From: Enoplolaimus lenunculus
Taxonomy: Eukaryota
Assembly (NCBI GenBank): GCA_030248215.1
Contig: JASANG010002922.1
Coordinates: 124,001 to 188,000, forward strand
DNA length: 64,000 nt
Direction: 5' to 3'
Shown piece after piece: positions 53,773 through 64,000 of the stretch (its first letter is position 1; each line of letters starts with the position of its first letter). The translations under genes were made by a program, and so were the position numbers. The notes under the pieces were generated by a model. The model did no database searches. It was not told the DNA's origin and worked only from the letters and a program-made list of their open reading frames with translations.

Positions 53773-54035
53773 CCCTTTCTCACATGAATATTTTCAATTT
53801 CATTTGAGATGTAATTTCAAAGTAAGATTCGACCCCCAGTTTCACGGGTGGGAGGCGTTTACGATGACCACTGAGCTATAGGAGCTTGACGCTTGAGCCC
53901 GAGGGGGCTCTCACGCCTTGTGCAGATTTTGCATTGCGCAATTATTTTAGAATTGTTAAACACTGCTCACAGAGTGTATATTCCTCGTACATTATTGTAT
54001 TTAGTTGCTCATTGTATACTCTATGAGTGAAAGGG
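53773..54035. mobile_element. Family D piggyBac-like MITE, diverged subfamily
   Basis: TTAA|CCCTTTCTCAC...GAGTGAAAGGG|TTAA with the same tRNA-like core. Confidence 0.75.
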
Positions 54036-54517
54036 TTAACGTTAACAAAATGATACGGTATTGTCCACATTTCATCACATTGCTTAAAAGCTACACATTA
54101 TTAATAGTAAGGTGCAATTGAATACCGGAAAAATCTGAATGCAGGCGCAAATTCCTAATGTGTCTTGGCTCGCATAATTGGTTTTTCCTCGATCATAATA
54201 TCCAGCAACACCCTGGAATTTAGTAAATTATCAACAGGTCAACAAACGTGATACTTGCGACAAGTTTTGAACTGAATATACAGCTTCGAGACAAATAAAC
54301 ATTGAATACAAACACAATATTACCGGATACATAAATCTATCAATGTGTTTAATAAGCTCATAATGCTATCATGAACATGCATGCCTAACATACAAGCACA
54401 ATTTGTGCTAAGAAAATAAACATAAGAGTGCAGCACTGACAACCATTGTGTACAATATTATTTCAAAAGTGCTTCTATCACTAGTGATCAAATTGCTATA
54501 ACGCAAAAGTACAGCAA

Positions 54518-54838
54518 ACCAGCCGTAGTGGGATTACATTTATTGAGCGAAGCTTGAATACACGTAAACAATTAAGGTAATATGCAAATTAGTTACTAGC
54601 TAACTAGTCATTTATCGGTTTTGGAAGTTTGTAAGCAATTTCCTCAGATTCCTCGCACCCAAAACCCTTCAGCCACCCTAATAATTATTGGAATTATTTA
54701 AAAAGTCCTAATTTTGTCTGGTCAATTAAGCTAATATGCAAATTAGCTATTAGCAAACTATTCAATTATCGGTTTTGGAGGTTTGTAAACAATTTATTCA
54801 AATTCCTCGCACCTAAAAACCCTTTAGTGCTGAAATTA
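54518..54838 (-). mobile_element. HINE/DINE-1-like element, 5'-truncated
   Basis: Matches the 47786 end (CCAGCCGTAGTGGGATTACATTTATTGAGCGAAGC) and two internal subrepeats. Confidence 0.75.
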
Positions 54839-54976
54839 CAAAAATTTCCCTTACTGCTCGTTACTATTTTCCGTTACGGACCACCGAATAAAATATACAC
54901 ACGCGTTCTCATTTAGTAAGTTATTGTAACAACCCTCTGCTGTACAGAACGAAATCCTGTTGCTCCGTTCTTCAGG

Positions 54977-57900
54977 CTATAAATCATGTACTACCGGTTT
55001 CCAGTACCTATCCCTTGCCGCAGGAGACGCCTTCGGTCCATCAGCATCAGGCGTCCCTGTAACATAATTTAAGCTTGACATTCCAGCTTGCCCGGCTTTA
55101 CTCTGCCGTTCATCCCCAGTTACGTTACTCGCCATGTCCCCGCTCAACGGTTGCGGACCGCCAGGTGCGTCTGCCCACTGTTCATCTTCATCCTCTCGCA
55201 TTTCATACCCTACCTCGTCAACCGATGTTGTTGTCCTTGCAATACCACGCAACTCCATCGGATTTTCAACACGAATCCGATATTTTTTGCTCCGATCCAC
55301 TCTTCTATTTCCGTATGAGCCCCCCGATACGACATTGCTTAAATCAACTATAGGCTCAACCGAAGTTAATCGAGCGCTAGCTTTCAACGGGCTACTGGTA
55401 CTGCTCGCAGCAGTCGAACCAGGCATCATTGTGCTTGCGATCAAAATATCATCTTCATCTGGTTGAGTTGGATCTGCAGTTGAATGACGGTTATTGAATA
55501 TCACGTTTCTTTGTAATTGTGACCGGCTTGACTTTGGTTCGAAATTAAGTACCGCGGACGACGTAGCTCCTGTTGCATGCTGTGGGGTTGATTCACAGCT
55601 ACTGTCTGTTACACCTAAAACACTCTTTTACATCAAGATACAACCGGATACCAATAAAATACACAAACCGGATATTTGAGTGCACATTTCCACAAAAATA
55701 ATGCTTAATCATTCTAAGTTCGTAATACTTAGTTGACGTTCCTTAACTGTGCTTTTCGTATATTTATTTGCGTCATTTGAAACAAAAGTCACTGCTATAA
55801 GTGTGGGGGTTAATAATAAATGATATACCTCCAAATTTGTGCCTTAACAAAGTCGGACTAAGCGATACACTTCGTTGCAGTTTTGTCTGCTCCATGCCAT
55901 CAATATCACTGTCATAATCGGTTGAGTCTGAATCTGGGCGACTATTGATTGTAGTAGATATTGGTCCGTCACGCGCAGAGTTGCATTGAATAGTTGCACG
56001 TCGCTAAAATTAAACATAACAATAAAAAATAATAATAAAACAGAAAATTTCAGAGATTTCCATCAGCAATATTTAAATTTTGGTCTAAAACGCGATCATT
56101 TCATTGCTTTAAAAAATTACACGTCAATCTGTAGACCAAGATAACTACCGGATTCAAAGGGGCATCCTATTGTTGGCCCAAAAACAAGGATCAAAACCAC
56201 GATTTTGTATCAAGGTTAAGAACTACAATGGCGTTCGGCTTCTTGCACGCTAGTTTTCTTTAACTATTCTATCTCATGCGCCCTTTTTTCAGAAATCTCG
56301 TGATCCGCCGCTAACCAAGATGGATACTTTTTTACTTTGAAAACTATTCGTGCAATCGCACGATGCTGTTTCGCTCTTTTCCGCTTATATCTTATTGAAA
56401 ATGTACTTTTCACAGAATCTGTGTTATTTTTTGGCAATGTTTTGTTCAAGGCGCTATGCGAGATTTGTATACACAACTAGCAGCAAAACTTTTCACAAAA
56501 AGTCAACTCAATGGTTATTAAACCAGCACTTCCGAAACTTCTACGAAGGAAAGTCAAAAAGTGATTTTTGGCAAAGACTGTCCTATAAACTCAAGCCTAT
56601 GCATCAACCCTTAATATTCATGTATAAGTCCTCACATTTTTCTGCTACTGGAACATTTTTCTGGCCACAATTTACCAATTTATATAAACCCGCTATAAAC
56701 TTCAATTAAAAACTTCACATAATTCAGTGCTTCACAGTCGCCATCCAAAACAACTTAAAAATTCTGCCAATGTTACATTTATGGCTGAAATTGTACATTA
56801 TGCACATTGCTAAGCCTAATCGTACGTGTTGAAAAGGTGTAAACGTAAGCGTAAGCAAAAATATAGTCTAAAATCGAAGCCGATATTGCAGTAAATTTAA
56901 ACCATCTTACACTTCGACTTGTATTCCTAGATTTCCGACCACCTCTATCACCAACAATCACCGAGCAACGTTCCAAAACCGATTCATGCTGAACACATTC
57001 ACCATATGAACACCCGTCCAATTCGCCGTTCTTATTGAACATTGATGACGCCAAACGTTGCGTCAGTTTATGGTTTTGCGCAATTTGATTGGTAGACTCG
57101 TCCTCCAGACTGCCATTAAATGCATGCGAACGCTCACGTCCGGTTGTACGTGCACTGTACGGTACATTGCTTTTTGATGTCTCTAAACCTTTAAACATTT
57201 TTTGAAACCACCGCTTTATCGGCACATACTTCAAAGCTTAAGCTTTGGACTAATTCTTTGTTTAGACTTATGCTCAGTTATGGAATTATCAGTATCACGC
57301 GACTTAGGCTTAGGAATACGCAATATATAAATGGATTTCTGAATTAAAATTTGCCACGACATTTAACGTAAAACTACATGCATCTCGTTCGGTTCACTCA
57401 CCAGGTTTCGTCGACAGCGGGGCCAAAGTTAGGCGCTCAAAATTGAAAGCTTGCCTTTACCGTATGATTTAACACAATAATACGTCTAGCTTCAACCTCG
57501 CTTTGCTCGCTAGGTTGCAGCAATTCAGAAGCTTTGATGTTAGAAAAAACCCAAGTGTCTTGGAATTTAATATACTTTCAAAAAACAAGTGTGACAAGTT
57601 TAGCACGCTGCACTTATTAGTTTTTGATGACCATCCCCGATTACTCCACGCACAAACTTAAATTTTTAAAAAATTCGAATTTTTAAGGTCCCAACTTCCC
57701 CAATTGGACCCCAAATTTTTTGTCGAAAAATTAGACAAATTATGTATCATTAGACTTACTTTTTAACTGAAAAAGCGTCTCTTAAACAAATCTTTAGTTA
57801 TTTCGTTACGTGTTAAGTTTTTATCAATCTAAAATAGCGCAGCAGAGTTATTTATTCTGAGTACGTATTGACAAAATTGAACGAGTCGCAAAGACATTCG

Positions 57901-60900
57901 TTTGGAAATAATTTTTCAAACTTGCACAAAAATTGCAGTGACTGCGAATGATTATGAATAATTTTTGCAAAAACCAGTTAAAATTCCAGTTCCTGTATCG
58001 CATAAAGCCGGATACAGGAACCGAAATAGAATTTTTGCAAGAATTCCCATGAAAGCCTTTTACCTGTTGTCGCAAAGCTGGTACGATTCCTGCCCAACAG
58101 CGACCCGATCGACAAAACTCGGACCCGTTTCAACGCTGAACCGGCGCGTTGCTTTTGTTTTTCACGAATCCTTGAACTACGACTACCACTGCTGCCTGGG
58201 GATTTGTTTGGGCTTTTGGTTGGCGAAACTCTGTGCTTTCCATCAGCTGTAATGTCACCCGGATGATCGTTTCCAGAACGATTGCTTGAAAATACTTTTG
58301 AAAGAGCATTCGAAACCGGAGACGTTGTATTGCTGGTTGAAATGAGTTTCTTTTTGAACATTGAAGGTTTTGACGCTGATGTGTCCGTAGATGCACCTGA
58401 GTTTTTAGTGTCATGGACAGTCTGAAAGGAATGCAACAATATCGTGCGACACGAAGTAACTTCTTAGGACGTACTATGATGGGCACATAAGCAAAAAAAC
58501 TTGTAACCTAATACGGCACTAAAGACCTAATGTCAGCAGATAAATCAGCTCATATTGGGTCTTGCAACCGGCCAACCATACCGACTGACCGCAACAGCCG
58601 TGATATGGGAAGCACAGCTTGTCCTTTGTATCAGACAGCGAACGAAAATGTACGCAGTTTTGCACACCTTTTCCAGCAACAGATCCTCGAAATATAAATA
58701 TCAAAATGTAACTACTTAAGAAAATTTTAGAAGCGTGCTTAGAAATATCTGTTCTGTTTCCACTGGAATAGTGGCCTTATTTAGTGCCCGTATATTTCAT
58801 TTTAAGCAGCTTTACGAATTGTTAAGGCTCAATTTATGCTTCGCACACTATTATCCAAACATACCACTTACCAACTGCTTTGCAGCATAACCCGGAACTT
58901 TTCCCATACCAGATGTTCCTAAAACAAAATGCAAAAATATACGCTAAAAACAAATATAACAAAATGCTGAACAAAAAACTGCGGCGACTATTTTCAGCCT
59001 TAAAAAGTTGACTTCGCAAATTTAAAAAATACTTACTTACGCACCACAAAGAATTACAAAGAAACTCTGTAATACGAAATAACGCAACATTAAAAAATAA
59101 TTGCAACGTACATCATAACGAAAATATGCATAAAAATCAATCATAACAGCAGTAATTAAAAAATGTAAAACACACCTTTTTAATCAAAACCTATATTTTA
59201 AATCTACATTTAAAAATAAAACCTGCATTTAAAATCAAAACATACTATAGACTAGTTGTTTGGTCACATTCGACGCGTTTCCTGCATGCTGTTGTCTGCT
59301 GCTGTTCAAATTTCGGCCACTGCCGCTGTTATGGCCCGCACTGGCTGACGCTGTGTCTTTTTTAATTTCAAGCAAATCAGCAATGAGATCCATTTTGTAC
59401 GCACGAGCTTTTTGTCGTCCCTGAAAGAGTATGATTGGCGCTATATTAAACCAATTTCTAGCGACACCCAGCACTTACAGTAACAATAGAATGAAAAACC
59501 TATTCAGCGGTTAACCAATCAATATCGTTGGGGTGGAAGTATACTTGTCGTGCGGCGCCCGTCTGGATTTACAACGATCAGACAGCAGTAATCATGAAAT
59601 ACCTGCTCCAGTGACCGTGCTTAACTCAAAACTTGCTTTACCGACATTATGACTGGATTTTATCGTTCGACGTATTTGCTATAAAGATAGCCTTATAGTC
59701 ACAAATATATCAAGCCCACCGCGGTAAAACAAAACAACATGAAAATCTACTAGAACACAATACTGTTTTACTTTCGTTAGCCGTTGCTTCGCGGCCATAC
59801 AACGAATATGATCGTCAAATACCAATTTCGCGGCAAGAACTGGTCTACCTACATGTACCGATGGGGGCAACCCAGCGGTTCCGCCTCGACTCGCAATTTT
59901 CGCAACAGACGTCGGCTGATGTATTGTCACATGAAGTGCACGGCTGTCTTCTTTATCACCAGTGACTTCTAAGTCCTAAAACAAAACAATAACTCTTTAC
60001 CACAGTGTTTCAATCTGTAATATAAAAACGTATTTTCGGCACGTTTCCAGCATGCTTTGTTTAACATAATTCATAGCACTGGGGCGACCACTGTAAACTA
60101 ATGGCTGAACTAGACCAGGGTTTTTTTCATCTCAAAATTATGGGCCAATTGGACCTTGAACACAAATTTTTAGGGGCAAATCAGAATTTTTAGGGGCCAA
60201 CTGTGAAAAGTGTTATTATATGTGAAATTTCAATCTTTTAAAAAAAGCACATAATCGTAAGAAGTTTGATTTAATCAAATAATACTATTTTTCACATTAT
60301 ATGGTGTATTGAAGTGAAATAATAAGTACTAAATCAAGTAGCGCCGCAGGCGAAGTTTTCAAATTTGTATTCACCAGGGAATAAAATTGCAACCTAATTC
60401 TGAAAAACAGCTTGAAAAAAATTTAAGGGACAATTGGCCCCCAACCCCAAATTTCTAGGGCCCCTACATTTGCGAAAAAAACAATGAACTAGACTTTTTG
60501 ATATGATTACAATGGTTGTCGGCAGCGTACAAAATTGAACGCAAATTGCCCTAAGACGCCAGACGGTACAACAATCCAATTTTTAAATGAAAAATTTGTA
60601 TTTTAGAGCACCACCAGTATTTCAACACCTTGTTTCTACATCATAATAAAAATCAACAAACTACAGTGTAAAATATACTAACTACCGGAGTTCAACCGGA
60701 ATTCCTGTTCCGGCCGGAATTCCTGCAAAAATTCAATTCCTGTTCCTGCATTTAAAGATGCAGGAACCGGAATTTTTACGGTTTTGTCGCAAATTATGCC
60801 TAATCATTTAAACATTGAAAACTTTGTCATTCAAAAATTGCTATTTCGACATGAGTGTTTTCCAATTACTTCAAATTTAATGAACTGTTTCTGTTATGTT

Positions 60901-63674
60901 TCGCAGAAAACAGTTCAAAATTGGCTTAAGCCGTTTTTGGCAAAGTTTTCAGAAAAGGCCAACAGTAACTCGGTGATGAAGTTCCGGTTCCTGCAAAAAA
61001 ATTCAATTCCTGTTCCGGTTCCTGCAAAAAAATTGAATTCCTGTTCCGGCAAAATTTAGTTCCTATTGGAAGCCTGTACCAATGTGTATTATCTTAGCTA
61101 TCCGAAGTAAACAAAATCAGTAAACTAACCTGAAGAAATCCAACAAACCGTACAACCCCCCATCCCATCATTTTGGCATCCGGCTCAACCAGTATCATTT
61201 GGAGACCATCAGTGACTAGAAACCGTTTTAATTTTCTGAAACCGCAAAAAGACACATAAAACCGCAAGCTCAACCATAAATAATGGTACATTATTTAAAT
61301 CCCAGTCGATCAATAGATGCGATGTATCTAACGGCTCTGAATTTAAAGTGATTGATGCCACCAAGAGTGGATAATCGCTAATCAACAAGAGTGTGCAACT
61401 GGGCACATTCTGTGTAGAAAAAATGTACCCGGCACGCGTTGCGTTTTTGCCCTACTCCCCCCCTTTTGCTTAGTGGGGGTACAACCGATGCGAATCATGG
61501 CACTTTACGTATACGGCGTCAAACATGCTCCATTATAGTTTAATTTAGGGGTATTCATGCGCTAGCGACCCCCCTCTAAACAACGGGGGTCAGCCAAAAA
61601 CGCAACACCGGTGGTACATTTTCTACCATGCGGAAACCTTTGAGTTAGAGACTCTTGTATCATGCACTCTTGATGCCGCTAAATGGATGTTAAAAGCATA
61701 AGTTCTTTCGAACACAATTGGGAATGGAAAACCGAAAACCTCTATGGATATAAATATAAAAAATACACAGAATACGAAATCAGCCATATTTCTGACAGCA
61801 CTGCCCCTTCTCAACTTAGCCTAAATCAAGTTCATGGCACAGCGAAAAACATCCAACAAAACCTGTTGAAGAACTACACTAAATCAGCCTACACACTTAC
61901 GCTTCGTTTTGTACTACGGTGCACGACAGTAGGTCGCTATTGCCTAAAACAAAACTAGAACCAGTTAGACATCTACACAACTTTTTCTGCAAAATAAGCC
62001 ACTTTTTCTGCAAAATAAGCCAAGAAAATGGAGCCAAGAAGTTTTCAATAAAGATTACATCACGATGCTGGTCCTCTGTTTCAACCCGGTGACCCTATTC
62101 CTGAATAAGTATAGAACCTATAACCAGTTAGCGATAAATTTCACACCGACGACTTCTGATTTCACACCGACAACTTCTGCAATTGCGGTCTGGTTTGAAA
62201 ACTACAAGACGAATTACAAACTGGTGATAGGTGCTACACACTTAACAACACAGACCACGATAACAAGATAACAGACTAAATATTCACATCAGTCTTCAAT
62301 AAGCCACACAAACTATTCTGAATAGTCAATTGCCCCCTTCTAATTACATATTCGCAAATCATAAGGGTGGCGTTACATATACTTTTTTTACTATTTAATC
62401 GCCGTCGTCCAGCGTCTCAGGTGCCGCTTGGATTTCGTTCGGCACTGTGCGGTAACGCACGTGATTTGTCGTACAGCACCACATAACATCAAATAAACAA
62501 ATAATTTTTAGTTGAGGCGCCGGCCGATACCAGACGTCGCCTTAGGAGGAGTACAACTTAGACATGCTTAATCCACTAGCATTACACTCAGTGGCTTTTC
62601 AATGAAGTTTCTTGTAATTAAAATAGTTGATATACCTCAATAAATTATCCACAGAAACACTCGCTACTCAAAATGCCACTTACTTAAATTCAAACTATCA
62701 TTAACGTTGACAATATCATCGGTTTGCATTAACGGCAATTTTGAATCCGTTTCATTGTTCAATTGAAGCAACAACGCACGCAAACACAGATAGACACGAA
62801 TTGCCTGAAACAAAAAAATGACTATTCTTTGTAACTCAGTATTGAAAATTCAGTTTATCAGAGTAAATACTCGTAACGACCAATACACATACTTGATATT
62901 GTAGAAATGCGTTTCGAATAACAACCACTCGCACCTCATCTGGCGGCCCGGTAACCTTTCAACTATAGAATTCTGCCATGTTCCGAATGGTTTTTATCAG
63001 TGAACTTCACAAAAATGCAACAGATTGCATTCAGAACAAAATGCACCCAGAGCGTAACTTTGTGTTTTTCTCACCTCCCCACTAAAAACTTCGTTTTAAA
63101 TTTTATCTAACTTATTATTGGTATATACTGTATTTTCGTGTCAATTCCTCATACAGAACAGCTAGTGTCAATTCAACATACAGAACAGCTATATAAATAA
63201 GCAAATACCACAACCTTTGTCGACACATAGACCACCACATAAACCTACGATCTTTTAACTGAGGTTAGATACTGATTAGAAATTTTTGAATCATACTTTC
63301 TTGAGGCTAATTAAGAGTTGAACAATAGTAATTACATGGACACACCCCACATTACACCTCTCAAGTTGGGATATTTGTTGCTGCTTGGTTTTTCTAACCA
63401 ACACACAATTGCCGTCAAATATAACAATAATGGTCCACGTTCACGACACCCACAATCATACCAGAACCCATATACCTTTGCAAAGCTCTGATTTCCACAG
63501 CAAATTGAGCTCATATATTCCAAATTTAGACACCGTTCTTACCCGTCGACACTGTTCATGATCGCCACATGGGAGCCGCTTTTGAAAATCAAGACCCGAC
63601 AATGGTGTTGATACCGGCGGTACCAAAAAATAAACATCCGAGCTTAAAAACGCGATACTCCAATTGCGACTACG
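54977..63674 (-). CDS. CLEC16A: CLEC16A/Ema/GOP-1 homologue, 3' portion (gene continues beyond the window)
   Basis: Conserved exons: 63674-63543 (VPPVSTPLSGLDFQKRLPCGDHEQCRR), 62804-62684 (AIRVYLCLRALLLQL), 61943-61901 (NSDLLSCTV), 61235-61130 (RFLVTDGLQMILVEPD..GWGVVRFVGFLQ), 59975-59772 (DLEVTGDKEDSRALHVTIH..FDDHIRCMAAKQRLTK), 59420-59246 (GRQKARAYKMDLIADLL). Less certain low-complexity tail exons: 58918-58872, 58421-58064, 57182-56911, ~56003-55870, 55614-54977. Confidence 0.9.
60116..60486. mobile_element. hAT-like MITE
   Basis: CAGGGTTTTTTTC...GAAAAAAACAATG termini, perfect 8-bp TSD AACTAGAC. Confidence 0.8.
61362..61672. mobile_element. Family E P/Galileo-like MITE
   Basis: TSD ATGCCAC/ATGCCGC. 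Confidence 0.8.
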
Positions 63675-64000
63675 CTAAAACATAACAATGCCGCAATTCA
63701 TAGCCGGCAAACCTTTTGAGCACTCAAGACATGCAACAAGACCGATATTCTCAAATTAGCACAACTCCTGCTGGAGGGCTGGTTTTCCAAGAGTTGCAGC
63801 TAATGAGCGAACACCTAAACACTGGCCTATCAAATTCTAGGGTGCATCCAACAGAACGCGGGTTATTAATCTTATATTTTTAACAATTATCACTTAAACT
63901 CCAAGTAATTTCTACCAGCAAAAGTGCTTCAGCAAATGTAAATTCAAGCTAGTAAACTCGGTGGAGAGATGATTTTAGCATAGCCAAAAATTAGCGAAGC

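Overview
AT-rich, intron-rich eukaryotic DNA, most likely from a nematode with a large repeat-rich genome (inferred from interstitial TTAGGC hexamers, TTTCAG splice acceptors and nematode-type gene content). Three spliced genes can be reconstructed by hand: a TWK/K2P two-pore K+ channel (+, 23865-35501, 8 exons, 640 aa), the GPN-loop GTPase GPN1/gop-2 (-, 51404-42842, 11 exons, 399 aa) and the 3' part of a CLEC16A/gop-1 homologue (-, running off the right edge, stop at 54977). A degenerate Sulfotransfer_2-type gene lies at about 5.5-8.7 kb (-). The rest is dominated by non-autonomous transposons, assigned here from termini and target-site duplications (TSDs): CMC/EnSpm-like (CACTG, 2-bp TSD), Merlin-like (GGCC, 8-bp TSD, carrying telomeric TTAGGC), P/Galileo-like (CAAGAG, 7-bp TSD), piggyBac-like (TTAA, carrying a tRNA-Gly-derived Pol III head), hAT, Harbinger and Helentron-associated (DINE-1/HINE-like) elements. 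There are also tandem arrays with 217, 26, 39 and 33 bp units. The most notable points are the gop-1 to gop-2 gene order matching the C. elegans gro-1 operon, an inverted HINE pair bracketing GPN1 exon 2, a non-canonical GYA K2P filter, chimeric MITEs, and a satellite whose unit resembles an intron plus a micro-exon. No prokaryotic-type system (CRISPR etc.) is supported. Most short ORFs in the track are repeat or antisense artefacts.
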